Positions 10,845 through 20,670 of a DNA stretch of 64,000 nt are shown here, one piece after another. Under the pieces are notes generated by a model, which saw only the letters and a program-made list of their open reading frames with translations, did no database searches and had not been told where the DNA came from. The stretch is taken from assembly GCA_963764165.1 (NCBI GenBank), contig CAVXRD010000004.1:704001-768000 (forward strand), read 5' to 3'. Position numbers and translations under genes: made by a program. Source of the DNA: an uncultured Verrucomicrobiae bacterium (GTDB lineage Bacteria > Verrucomicrobiota > Verrucomicrobiia > Limisphaerales > Palsa-1400). Numbering within the stretch: position 1 is the stretch's first letter; each line of letters starts with the position of its first letter.

Positions 10845-11244
10845 GTGGCAAAAATTCTTATTGTCGAAGATCACGAGCCCATGCGCGCCATGATCCGGCT
10901 TATGGTGGCGCGTCCCGGGGATGAAGTCCGCGAATGCGCCGAAGGAGCGGCCGCGGCCGATGCCTATGCGGAGTTTCAACCGGAATGGGTCACGATGGAC
11001 ATTGGCCTCGGGGACGTGGATGGCCTGACAGCCACCAGTCAAATCAAGGCCCGGTTTCCAATGGTCAAGATAGTGATCGTGACCCAGTACCGATGACCAG
11101 ACCCTACGGGCCGCAGCTCTCGGCATCGGCGCCCGGGCCTACTTCCTCAAGGAAGATCTGGCGGGAGTTCGCGAACACTTAATGGGTGACGACCCTCCCG
11201 GCGGGCCTGTCGCCGCGGAGCGCAAAAAAATAAATCGCTTATGA
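10845..11244 (+). pseudogene. Stand-alone receiver-domain response regulator with +1 frameshift at ~11091 (possibly a sequencing error)
   Basis: ILIVEDH...MDIGL...VTQY, then after one extra C continues DDQTLRAAALGIGARAYFLKEDL to TGA 11244. Confidence 0.8.
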
Positions 11245-12581
11245 TGAAAAATCTCCACTTCCCAAAATTGTCGTTCCTGGCCGCCTCCGGCGAGATGACA
11301 GCCCGCCAGCCGGGCGTTCAAACAGGAGTACGAATCACAAATCGCTTTGCCGAGAAATTCAAATCCCTCATGAGCGCGATGGGTCTGCGCTGGATCGGAG
11401 CAATCTATGGCGGAGCCTTCGTCGTGGCGGCCGCTAGCGCGCCAGCCCAGAATCTGTTTGAGTCAGATTTGGGCAGCCAGCATGTCTATGAATTATCGAC
11501 AAACGCAACGAAGAGCACCTTCGCCTCCGGTCTGGATAACCCTCAAGGACTGGCTTTTAACTCCGCCGGCGCAATGTTCGAGGCGGATGCCTTGAGTGGC
11601 AACATCTATGAATTCACTCCGGGCGGAGTTCAAAGCACGTTTGCCACAGGATTGGGCAAGACCAGAGCCCTGGCCTTTAATCGCGCCGGCGGGACGGAGT
11701 CCAACAACTACACTCTGAGCGAGGCTGGCGGCTCCGTGATCGTGACCCCGTTGCCGGTCGTCTTGACGGGCACTAGGCTCTATGATGGCACCGCAACGGC
11801 CCAAGCGTCAATTTTGACCATCAGCAACGATTTGGACGGCGCAGATCTCACCTTGAGCGGCAGCGCCACCTTGGCCGACACCAATGCGGGGTCGCAAAGT
11901 GTCACTGACTTTACGGGCCTGGCCCTGAACGGCTCGGCCGCGACCAACTACACGCTGACCGGGGCCAGCGGCTCGGTGACGATCATTTCAACGCCTCTGG
12001 CCGTAACGCTGCCTGCGACAGCCATTGTTCCAAGCTCCGCCATTTTGAACGCCTCGGTGAGTCCCCAAGCCGCAGCCACAGCGGTCTATTTTGTGTATGG
12101 AGCCACAACCAATTACGGGAATTCGACCGGGGCCAAAAACATTGGCAGCGGAACCAGCGCGGTTAGCATCAGCAGCAGCATTACGAAACTTTTGCCCGAT
12201 ACCGTCTATCACTTTCAGGCTGTTGCCAGCAATGTTGTCGGGATAACCTTAGGCGGGGATTTAACCTTTGCAACCGCGCCCGCCGCGCCGACGGTTACTA
12301 ACCTGCCGGCTCTGGCAATCACCTCCAGCGGCGCGACCTTGGCAGCCTTGGTCAATCCTGAAGGCGACGAAACCACAGTTTCTTTTGTTTATGGCGCCAC
12401 CGCCGGATATGGCTTCACCAACGTCCTTCCCAATATCGGTGACACCAATGTTTTTCTTGCCATCAGCAACAGCATCACCGGTCTATTGCCAGGGACCTTG
12501 TATCACTACCAGGTGCTGGCCTCCAACGGCGTGGCCACAACTGTCGATCAAGCGAGCGATGCTGATCACCGATTGCGCTAA
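11241..12581 (+). CDS. Mosaic secreted/surface protein (NHL-like repeats + YDG/MBG-like repeat + two fibronectin-III-like repeats); probably a degraded chimera
   Basis: STFASGLDNPQGLAFN repeats; NYTLS..GSV / RLYDGTATA; two ATL.A.VNP...FVYG.T..YG...GL.P.T.YH(F/Y)Q units; abrupt junctions. Confidence 0.55.
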   Translation: MMKNLHFPKLSFLAASGEMTARQPGVQTGVRITNRFAEKFKSLMSAMGLRWIGAIYGGAFVVAAASAPAQNLFESDLGSQHVYELSTNATKSTFASGLDNPQGLAFNSAGAMFEADALSGNIYEFTPGGVQSTFATGLGKTRALAFNRAGGTESNNYTLSEAGGSVIVTPLPVVLTGTRLYDGTATAQASILTISNDLDGADLTLSGSATLADTNAGSQSVTDFTGLALNGSAATNYTLTGASGSVTIISTPLAVTLPATAIVPSSAILNASVSPQAAATAVYFVYGATTNYGNSTGAKNIGSGTSAVSISSSITKLLPDTVYHFQAVASNVVGITLGGDLTFATAPAAPTVTNLPALAITSSGATLAALVNPEGDETTVSFVYGATAGYGFTNVLPNIGDTNVFLAISNSITGLLPGTLYHYQVLASNGVATTVDQASDADHRLR

Positions 12582-12596
12582 GCGCGGAGTTTGGCG

Positions 12597-12659
12597 CATG
12601 GGTCAGAAACCGTCTTGGTCGTAGAAGATGAGCAGATCATTCGCGATTTTACCGAGAGG
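12597..12659 (+). pseudogene. Fragment of a hybrid-kinase receiver domain
   Basis: Reads HGSETVLVVEDEQIIRDFTER and is cut by repeat copy 2. Confidence 0.55.
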
Positions 12660-12729
12660 ATGGCGGAAAAGGTTGTTTCCGCGCCCATTTTGTCATTTAG
12701 CGATCACGGCCATAGGGCACGATTCGCCA
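12660..12729 (+). repeat. Copy 2 of ~70-bp dispersed repeat
   Basis: Match to 6595-6665 and 28244-28312. Confidence 0.85.
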
Positions 12730-12883
12730 CCTCTCTGGCAGCAGGTTTCCAAGCTGCTGATGGATAAAAGTTTGCGTGCGATTTGATGCATAAAGAGCGC
12801 GCATTCGGGCTTGGTGTCAGCACTTCAAAATGGTTAAATAAAACCATTCTTCTGAAATTGCGTCCCTTGTGCGCTGGCCGCGC

Positions 12884-14449
12884 TTAGTCAAACTGGATGC
12901 GCGGCTCATGCCACGCGTGGCCGGTTTCGGCGAGCATCTCATCGGACGCCTCGGGTCCCCATGTTCCCGCGGAATAAAATTCCCGGTTGGTCAAGGGTTT
13001 GCCGCTCCAGGCGGCGCGAATGGTATCGACGATATTCCATGCGACTTCCACCTCATCGCGGCGGATGAAGAGCGTGGCGTCCCCAACCAAGGCGTCAAGC
13101 AAAAGACGCTCGTAGGCTTCCGGCGTGTAGGCGCCGAACTCGGCGTCGTAGCTGAAATTCATCCGAACCGGACGCACACTCACGTTCATACCGGGCACTT
13201 TGCCGTTAAAGCGGAGGTATATGCCTTCGTTAGGCTGAAAGCGAAGGGCCAGCGAGTTGGAATCCAAGGTTTGCCCGCATTGTGCCGCAAAAAGAACCGT
13301 CGGTGTGGGACGAAACTGAATGCGCGCTTCGCTGGCGCTGATGGGCAGATACTTGCCGGTGCGCACAAAAAACGGAACTCCCGACCAACGCCAGTTGTCG
13401 ATAAACAGCTTCAGTGCGACATACGTTTCCACGTCCGAATTCGCTTTGACTTTGGGTTCCTGTCGGTAGCCCGGCACCTGCTGGCCCTGGATCGCGCCGG
13501 CAAAATATTGGCCGCGCACGGCCTGGCGGCAAACATCCCGGGTCGCCAGCGGGCGGATGGATTTGAGCAGTTTGACCTTTTCGTCCCGGATTGCTTCCGC
13601 TTCGAGGGAAACGGGGGGTTCCATGGCCGTCAATGCCAGGACTTGGAGAATGTGATTCTGCACCATGTCGCGCAGGGCTCCCGCTTCCTCATAATAGCCG
13701 CCGCGGGCACCCACGCCGAGCTTTTCGCTGACGGTGATTTGCACGTGGTCGATGGAGTTGCGGTTCCACAATTGCTCGAAAATGGAATTGGAAAAGCGGA
13801 ACATCAATATGTTCTGCACGGTTTCCTTGCCTAGGTAATGATCAATGCGGCAAACCTGCTGTTCGTCGGCGTGCCGGGTCAATTCCGAATTCAGCGCCTG
13901 CGCCGAAGCCAGATCGTGGCCAAAGGGCTTTTCCACGACAATTCGCTGCCAGCCGCCGTTGACCTTCCCACGCTGCAATAATTGAGCGCCGTGCAACCGC
14001 TCGACAACGTCGCCAAACTGGCTTGGTTGCGTGGCCAAATAAAACAGGAGATTCTGGCGCAGCGGCGGCGATCCGAAGGAGACGAGCAGTTTCTCCAGCT
14101 TCTCGTAGGCGGCGGCGTCTGTCATGTCGCCCGTGCAATAATGCAAATTGGCTCCGAATGCGCGCCACACATCCTCGTCCACCGGTTTGGTGCGGGAAAA
14201 ACGATCCAGCGCCTCCCGGACTTCGGCGCGCCATGCTTCGTTCGTTTTTTCCCGCCGCGCAAAACCGATGATTCGGAAATCCGCGGGCATTTGCTTGTCT
14301 CTGAAAAGATTGTAGAAAGCGGGGAGAAGTTTGCGGGCCGTCAAATCACCGCTGGCGCCAAAAATGACGATGCCGCACGGCTCCACTGGGCGCTTTTGGG
14401 CTCCAATCTGACACACCATATTTTCGCGCACATTCTCGGATACGCTCAT
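12884..14449 (-). CDS. zwf: Glucose-6-phosphate 1-dehydrogenase
   Basis: IFGASGDL, VEKPFG, RIDHYLGKE, RDMVQNH, NWRWSGVPF, EAYERLL; start uncertain (14449 or 14515). Confidence 0.97.
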   Translation of the reverse strand: MSVSENVRENMVCQIGAQKRPVEPCGIVIFGASGDLTARKLLPAFYNLFRDKQMPADFRIIGFARREKTNEAWRAEVREALDRFSRTKPVDEDVWRAFGANLHYCTGDMTDAAAYEKLEKLLVSFGSPPLRQNLLFYLATQPSQFGDVVERLHGAQLLQRGKVNGGWQRIVVEKPFGHDLASAQALNSELTRHADEQQVCRIDHYLGKETVQNILMFRFSNSIFEQLWNRNSIDHVQITVSEKLGVGARGGYYEEAGALRDMVQNHILQVLALTAMEPPVSLEAEAIRDEKVKLLKSIRPLATRDVCRQAVRGQYFAGAIQGQQVPGYRQEPKVKANSDVETYVALKLFIDNWRWSGVPFFVRTGKYLPISASEARIQFRPTPTVLFAAQCGQTLDSNSLALRFQPNEGIYLRFNGKVPGMNVSVRPVRMNFSYDAEFGAYTPEAYERLLLDALVGDATLFIRRDEVEVAWNIVDTIRAAWSGKPLTNREFYSAGTWGPEASDEMLAETGHAWHEPRIQFD

Positions 14450-14765
14450 AAGAGGAATCAAGTTAGCCACACATTGAACCTCAGAACAATAAAGGATAAC
14501 GAGACTTGCCGTCAACAGCGGGCCTCATTCAGATTGCCGGCGATTTCCCAATGCGCTTTAAATTTGAACCGCAATCAGCGCATCAGCGTTGAAGGGGCGC
14601 AGAAAGTTTGATTCAGGCTCGAAAATATTAAAATTTCCCTTTTTATTCCTGCTTTAAAACGATAGAAAGTTGACGTTGTAACCAGATGTCCCAGCGTGTC
14701 TAAGAATGAACCACGAACGAACTCGGTTTCCGGCAGATGCTCTGCCGATGTTATGATCATTGCCT

Positions 14766-16715
14766 ATGAATCCTAACCGTGACCTCTTCAAGCTAATTTC
14801 CACCGTTTCGCTGTGCGGCATATTATTGACTCTGGACTTTTCCGCCATGGCAGGCCCCGATGCGGGTGATCAAGCCGAAGTCATCCAGCAGGCCGCCAAG
14901 TATATCCTGGCGGCGAACAAATCCGAGGAAGCCCCGGCTGCGGGAGGAAAGGCCATTGATGCAGATGCTGAGCACGCAAAACTGTTTGTGGAGAACAAGT
15001 ACCCCTCCGCCGCCACTTGCCGGACTTGCCACCCAAATCATTACAGAGAGTGGTCGGTTTCCGCCCACGCCTACGCGCAATTGAGCCCAGTCTTCAACGC
15101 CATGCAGGCCACCATCACTCGGAACACTGCCGGCGCCAATGGAGATTTTTGCATTCGCTGCCACGATCAGGTGGGGATGAATTTGGGAGAATCCACCTTT
15201 AAGAGCAACATGGACCGGCACCCGACTTCGCGGGAGGGCATCACCTGCATTGTCTGCCATCGGTTGCGCAACGACTATGGCAAGGTCAGCGGACGGTTCG
15301 CCTTGGTCACAGGCGACATTCTTCAGCCGGTTTACGGACCGACAGGCGATGCGGAACTCAAGCGCGTTCTTTCCGAGCCCAATACTTATCGCGTCGTGAC
15401 GAAAGAAGGCGAAGCGGGCAGGAAAATTCATACCGACATCGAAAAATTCCCCGCTCTTCGGACCCCTGCGTTTTGCGGCACCTGCCACGATGTCAATTTG
15501 TTCAATGGATTCCGCTTGGAAGAAGCATTCAGCTCGTTCAAGAATTCGGCCGCCGCCCACCGGGGCGAGACCTGCCAGGATTGCCACATGGGAAAAGTGC
15601 CCGGCATCAAATCCGGCTACGCGGAAGAGCCCGCCGCCATCGTTGGCGGCGTGCCGACGAAACCCCGCCGCCGGACCAATCACATGTTTGCGGGACCGGA
15701 TTATTCCATCGTGAACCGCGGTTTCTTTCCGCATAACGACAAGGCTGCCGCCCTGGCCAGCATGCGGGAATGGCTCACGTTCGATGACAAGGCAGGTTGG
15801 GGAACTGATAAGTTTGAGAATAGCGTGCCCAAGGATTATAAATTCCCACCCCGCTGGACCTCCGTGGATGATCGATACGATGCGCGAGCCATTCTCAATG
15901 AGCAGTACGGGCTCCTCGGGGAAATCAAGAAACAACGAGTGGCCATTCTGCGCCAAGGCTATCAATTGGGCGATTTGAAAGTCCTCCAAGCGAATTCCAA
16001 GGGCCTCAAGTTCAAGATACAAGTCCACAATGGCACCGATGGCCACAACGTTCCCACTGGATTCGATGCGGAGCGCATTAGCTACATGCAGGTTTTTGTG
16101 ACCAACGCCGCTGGCAAATTAGTTTTCCAATCGGGCGACCTCGATCCCAACGGCGACGTGCGCGACATCCATTCCTCCTACGTGGAAGAAGGCAAGCTTC
16201 CTTGGGATAAGTATCTTTTCAAATTGCAATCCCCGTTCATCACCACCGAATTGCACGGCGGGGAGCGCGAACAGGTTCTGGCGGTAAATTACTCCATAGA
16301 TCCGCTGCCTTTCATTCGCCCTCCAGGTTCTGCCATGAATCTAACCGGCCGTTCGCCTGGAGCGCGGATCCAGAGGCGCGGGATGGAAGCATTCAACAGC
16401 CGCTGGCCTGAATATAAGGTGAAGGCCTCGGAATTGACCGATCCCGGTCCATATACAGTCAGAATTCGCTTCCTGGCGGGCATGGTCCCTGTGAACCTCA
16501 TCACCGAAATCGAAAAGGCCGGGTTTGATTACAGCATGTCCCCTCGCGAAGTGGCCGACGCGATCAAAAACGGGCAGACTCTGTTGTATGACAAGCAAGT
16601 GATGCTGCAACTCGACGGAACCCAGCCGACGATCGACTTGTCCAAAATTATGGATAAAGACGTGCTCGTTGATTCAACCAACACTGTCTCATCTTCCTCC
16701 TATGCGCAGAAGTAA
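14766..16715 (+). CDS. Secreted pentaheme c-type cytochrome (c554/c552-like N-terminus, beta-rich C-terminus)
   Basis: Signal peptide; five CxxCH: CRTCH, CIRCH, CIVCH, CGTCH, CQDCH. Confidence 0.88.
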   Translation: MNPNRDLFKLISTVSLCGILLTLDFSAMAGPDAGDQAEVIQQAAKYILAANKSEEAPAAGGKAIDADAEHAKLFVENKYPSAATCRTCHPNHYREWSVSAHAYAQLSPVFNAMQATITRNTAGANGDFCIRCHDQVGMNLGESTFKSNMDRHPTSREGITCIVCHRLRNDYGKVSGRFALVTGDILQPVYGPTGDAELKRVLSEPNTYRVVTKEGEAGRKIHTDIEKFPALRTPAFCGTCHDVNLFNGFRLEEAFSSFKNSAAAHRGETCQDCHMGKVPGIKSGYAEEPAAIVGGVPTKPRRRTNHMFAGPDYSIVNRGFFPHNDKAAALASMREWLTFDDKAGWGTDKFENSVPKDYKFPPRWTSVDDRYDARAILNEQYGLLGEIKKQRVAILRQGYQLGDLKVLQANSKGLKFKIQVHNGTDGHNVPTGFDAERISYMQVFVTNAAGKLVFQSGDLDPNGDVRDIHSSYVEEGKLPWDKYLFKLQSPFITTELHGGEREQVLAVNYSIDPLPFIRPPGSAMNLTGRSPGARIQRRGMEAFNSRWPEYKVKASELTDPGPYTVRIRFLAGMVPVNLITEIEKAGFDYSMSPREVADAIKNGQTLLYDKQVMLQLDGTQPTIDLSKIMDKDVLVDSTNTVSSSSYAQK

Positions 16716-18204
16716 GAGGCTCTCAATATGTTTGACTGACGCGCTCCGTGAACTCGCGTGTTTGTGCTTCATCGCCGCTTTGACCGCTGCCAAAGCGGAT
16801 GACACCAATGACACCGCCCGTTTCTCCGATAAACCGGTTCCGCTGGCGACAAATACATTTCTGCAGCGCCCGCCGCCGCTCATAGAGTTGGGGGATCATT
16901 TCCTGGGCAACGGCAACCTGCAAAAAGGAATCAAGCTCCCAACAGGAGAAGTGATTTCACCCAACTTCTGGGTGTTTGGCACGATGCGCTCCGCTGTCCA
17001 GACATTCGACCCTGGGAAAGGCGAACCTCGCATCTCCGAATGGGCCAATCGCCTGGACATTTATGGCAATCTTCAGTTCACACCAACTGAACGCCTTGTG
17101 GTTGGGTTCCGCCCGCTCGACCGCCAATATACCCAAAACGGAGAAGTCAGCGATGTTTTTACCGGCTATCGGATTGAGCCGGTGCATTCGCCGGGTTCTC
17201 TTGTGAATGGCCAGGGAACTGTGGAAGCGTTCGGCGCCACGCCTCGCACGCTCTTCTTTGAGGGCGAATTCGGTGAAATGTTTCCCACGCTTGATAAGCA
17301 CGACAAACTGAGCCTCGACTATGGTTTTTCGATTGGCCGCCAGCCGCTGGTCATGCAGGATGGCCTCCTTGCCAATTCCTATGACGTGGACATGCTCAGC
17401 ATCACGAGAACGTCCATGCAGATTCCGGGGGGGTCGACTTTGCGCGTATCGGCCATCGCGGCTTGGAGTGATATCCAGGGACAGAATTACAATGTGCCGG
17501 CAAATATCCCAACATACAATTATCAGGACGCCCATTTTTTCGGCTTTGACGGAGCAGCGGATTTCCCGCGGAGCACGATTGAGGCAAACGTTCTATATGG
17601 AACGTCTGGGAATCACGGGGACGGACTTTACGCTGGCCTGGCATCCATTCAACGGTTTGGGAAGCTCAACACCACTTTCCGGGGAGTCACTTCGGTGGCG
17701 GTGGATGGCGACAGCAGCGCTACAGGGGTGAGCAGAGTGGCGACGGGCACGCTGTTGCTGAGCGAGCTGTCGTATCCGATGCTGGGATCGAAGGATTTTG
17801 TTTACATGGATGCCTACTGGGGCATCGACCGCTTCACCTCCATCGTACGCGACTCCGACGCTGGGGGGCCTCTGGGGAATGTTGGCATTCTGACGGCGGC
17901 CACGGGGCTCGGATCGTATGCGGCGCCTCTTGGAGATCAGCCGGAGCACTCCGCAGGGGGGGCGCTTGGTTACCAGATGTTCATCGGCGCTCGGCGAAGA
18001 CAGCAGTTGGTTTTCGAAATTGGCGGGCGGGCGCAAACGCAAACCCCCAAGTTTGAGCGCCAGGAACCAGCCGAGGGATTTGGCGTGCAGTACCAGCAAG
18101 CCGTTGGCCAGCGGTTCATCATGGTTCTAGAGGGCTTTGCCGTAAACCGCAGCGACTATGGAGGATCCTATGGCACGCGCATGGAATGGGTGACCAAATT
18201 CTGA
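16702..18204 (+). CDS. Putative outer-membrane beta-barrel (porin-like) protein
   Basis: Signal peptide ending AAKA; many alternating aromatic/Gly beta segments; C-terminal MEWVTKF ending in Phe. Confidence 0.7.
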   Translation: MRRSKRLSICLTDALRELACLCFIAALTAAKADDTNDTARFSDKPVPLATNTFLQRPPPLIELGDHFLGNGNLQKGIKLPTGEVISPNFWVFGTMRSAVQTFDPGKGEPRISEWANRLDIYGNLQFTPTERLVVGFRPLDRQYTQNGEVSDVFTGYRIEPVHSPGSLVNGQGTVEAFGATPRTLFFEGEFGEMFPTLDKHDKLSLDYGFSIGRQPLVMQDGLLANSYDVDMLSITRTSMQIPGGSTLRVSAIAAWSDIQGQNYNVPANIPTYNYQDAHFFGFDGAADFPRSTIEANVLYGTSGNHGDGLYAGLASIQRFGKLNTTFRGVTSVAVDGDSSATGVSRVATGTLLLSELSYPMLGSKDFVYMDAYWGIDRFTSIVRDSDAGGPLGNVGILTAATGLGSYAAPLGDQPEHSAGGALGYQMFIGARRRQQLVFEIGGRAQTQTPKFERQEPAEGFGVQYQQAVGQRFIMVLEGFAVNRSDYGGSYGTRMEWVTKF

Positions 18205-18212
18205 GTGATCTT

Positions 18213-19463
18213 ATGGACCTTTCCAAACTGCTAGTTGGAGCCGGAGGAATTTTGTTTGTTTTGGTGGCGATTGATTTGGCAATGCTTTGTTACACAAGTT
18301 TCAGCCGCGCTGCCGCGATGGGGGCCGCGCGGGAAAATGAAGGTGAATTGCTTTCCGCGCGGCTGGCCATGGCCCGCCTGCAACTCAAGCGGCAGGAGAA
18401 CATTGGATCGTGGAATGGGACGCGGAAGTTTACGGTCGATAAAGTAGTGACGGAATGCGCGGATGTCGCATCCTACTATTTGGTGCCTCACGACAACAAG
18501 CCGTTGCCGCACTTTTTTCCTGGGCAGTTCCTCACGTTTGAATTGAGCATCCCGGGGCAGCGCAATCGCGTCGTTCGCTGCTACTCGCTCTCAGACCGCC
18601 CAAGGCCCGACTACTATCGCGTCACCATCAAACGCGTTCCCGCGCCGCCCGACGGCAAGCCGGGATTGGTCTCCAATTTCTTCCATTCCTCCGTCAAGGC
18701 GGGCGACATTTTGGACGTCAAGGCGCCGAGTGGCGGCTTCTATCTGGATACAAGCCGGCTAACACCAGTGGTGCTGCTGGCAGGCGGCGTGGGCGTGACT
18801 CCGATGGTGAGCATGGCCAACGAAATCATGACCAATACTCCGCAGCGCGAAACATGGTTTTTCTTCTGCGTGCGCAATGCGCTGGATCACATCATGAAAG
18901 AGCAGTTGGAAGAATTGGCAAAAGCCAATGACAAGCTCCGCCTTCACGTCTGCTACTCCAAGCCAGGCAAGACCGACAGCGCTGGCAGGGACTATCGTCA
19001 CGAAGGCAGGCTGGATTTGGCTTTGCTGAAGAAGGAACTGCCGTCCAACAATTTTGATTTCTTCATGTGCGGCCCGGGTGCGATGATGAGCGACCTGCAC
19101 GAGGGGTTGCTGGAATGGGGCGTTGACGAGGAACGAATTCATTTGGAAGCATTCGGGCCTGCCAGTGTCAAGAAAACCGCTCCACCCGCCCCGGCATTGG
19201 CCGAACCGCAACTTAAGGTCACATTCTCGCGTTCCAATTGCGAAGCCGCGTGGTCCGGCAAAGAGGAAAACTTGCTCGACATGGCGTTGGCTCAAGGGGT
19301 ATCGATCAGTTCCGGTTGCCGTGCTGGAAATTGCGGCAGTTGCAAAACTGCCGTCAAATCTGGCAAAGTGAAGTATCGCAAACGCCCCGGTTGTGACGTT
19401 GAATCGGGAAGTTGCCTCACATGCATTGCGGTGCCGGAGAGCGATTTGTGCCTTGATGCGTAA
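18213..19463 (+). CDS. Membrane-anchored FAD/NAD(P)H oxidoreductase (FNR family) with C-terminal 2Fe-2S ferredoxin
   Basis: N-terminal TM helix; PGQF, RCYSLS, G.VSNF, AGGVGVTP, FMCGP, EAFG; CRAGNCGSC...C. Confidence 0.9.
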   Translation: MDLSKLLVGAGGILFVLVAIDLAMLCYTSFSRAAAMGAARENEGELLSARLAMARLQLKRQENIGSWNGTRKFTVDKVVTECADVASYYLVPHDNKPLPHFFPGQFLTFELSIPGQRNRVVRCYSLSDRPRPDYYRVTIKRVPAPPDGKPGLVSNFFHSSVKAGDILDVKAPSGGFYLDTSRLTPVVLLAGGVGVTPMVSMANEIMTNTPQRETWFFFCVRNALDHIMKEQLEELAKANDKLRLHVCYSKPGKTDSAGRDYRHEGRLDLALLKKELPSNNFDFFMCGPGAMMSDLHEGLLEWGVDEERIHLEAFGPASVKKTAPPAPALAEPQLKVTFSRSNCEAAWSGKEENLLDMALAQGVSISSGCRAGNCGSCKTAVKSGKVKYRKRPGCDVESGSCLTCIAVPESDLCLDA

Positions 19464-19511
19464 AGGATTAGTTGGAATCGTGGATCGAACAATTTTTAAA
19501 TTATTACTGAA

Positions 19512-20504
19512 ATGAATACGCGAAAATTGGCATTGGCCGTCAGTCTGGTGATCTCCCTCGTTGCGCTCGACTTGCGCCATCCCGCCCAGGCAGCCGAGGA
19601 TCTTTACCATGCCGATCCGGCCAAGGTTATGGGGCCGGAAAGCTGCAATGAATGCCACGCCCCGATGGTGGAAGCCTGGAAGCTGACTCACCATTACGAC
19701 ACGTTCAACTCGATGCATCGGAAGCCGGAGGCGAAGGATATCGCCACGAAAATGGGCATGCGCCGCATCAAGGACGAAAGCCTTTGCCTCAAGTGCCATT
19801 ACACCGACAAAACCGATGACACTGGCAAAGTTGTGCCTATCTCCGGCATCTCCTGCGAATCCTGCCATAGCGCCGGCAAGGATTGGATCAAGATCCATAG
19901 CGCCACCAACGAACCCGGCCATCTTGAAAAAGCCGAAAAGCTCGGGATGCTTTTGCCCAGCAATTTCTATGCGGTTGCCGCCAACTGCTTCTCTTGTCAC
20001 ACGGTGCCAGAAGAGAAACTTGTCAATGTTGGCGGACACAAGGCCGGCAGTGATTTCGAGTTGGTTTCGTGGCTGTCGGGCGAAGTCCGCCACAATCTTC
20101 AAAAATCCGGCGGCAAAGTGAATGCGGAAATTCCGGTCGAGCGCCGCAGGATGTTTTATATCATTGGCCGCGCCCTTGATTTGGAATTCAGCCTGCGCGG
20201 CCTGGCCAAAGCGACCGAGGATGGCGCGTATGCAAAGGCGATGCTCGCGCGGGTTGCCGACTCTCAGGCGAAGATGGCAGAAATCGCAAAAGCGTCCGAT
20301 TTGCCGGAGGTCAAGAAGATGCTGGATACCGTCAAAGCGGACGATTTGAAACCCGGAAACGCGGACAAGGTAACGAAAATGGCTGATGAAATAAGCGGGA
20401 TCAGCAGCGGATTGGCAAAGAGCCAGGACGGATCCAAGCTCGCCTCGGTTGACGGGCTGATTCCGGGACCGGATAAATACAAAGGGACCCCTTACAAACC
20501 GTAG
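19512..20504 (+). CDS. Secreted tetraheme cytochrome c554-like protein with helical C-terminal domain
   Basis: Signal peptide; CNECH, CLKCH, GISCESCH, CFSCH. Confidence 0.88.
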   Translation: MNTRKLALAVSLVISLVALDLRHPAQAAEDLYHADPAKVMGPESCNECHAPMVEAWKLTHHYDTFNSMHRKPEAKDIATKMGMRRIKDESLCLKCHYTDKTDDTGKVVPISGISCESCHSAGKDWIKIHSATNEPGHLEKAEKLGMLLPSNFYAVAANCFSCHTVPEEKLVNVGGHKAGSDFELVSWLSGEVRHNLQKSGGKVNAEIPVERRRMFYIIGRALDLEFSLRGLAKATEDGAYAKAMLARVADSQAKMAEIAKASDLPEVKKMLDTVKADDLKPGNADKVTKMADEISGISSGLAKSQDGSKLASVDGLIPGPDKYKGTPYKP

Positions 20505-20670
20505 CTGGGTTCAATGGGGCCGGCCAGGTATGAACTTTTGCCGCCGCGGTGGCGTCATTCACAGGCTGGTCAGACGGGTTGCGGATGCTTTGCAGACCCC
20601 CAACTGCATGGCGTCCCTTCGCGCAAATTTAACTCGGATCAATCGAATTTAATGACGAAGCTGTCTGGTT

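Noticed and set aside
10835..10851. TTGCCGCGTTGTGGCAA as another regulon palindrome
   Set aside because: Spacer is one base longer, it overlaps a start codon, lacks the downstream tract and lies outside the mobile region
14520..14760. FNR/CRP box upstream of the cytochrome cluster
   Set aside because: Only partial half-sites with wrong spacing (e.g. TTGAACCGCAATCA)
14766..20504. Hydroxylamine oxidation or anammox pathway suggested by the c554-like cytochrome
   Set aside because: No octaheme HAO, cycB or amo genes; c554-like domains are widespread
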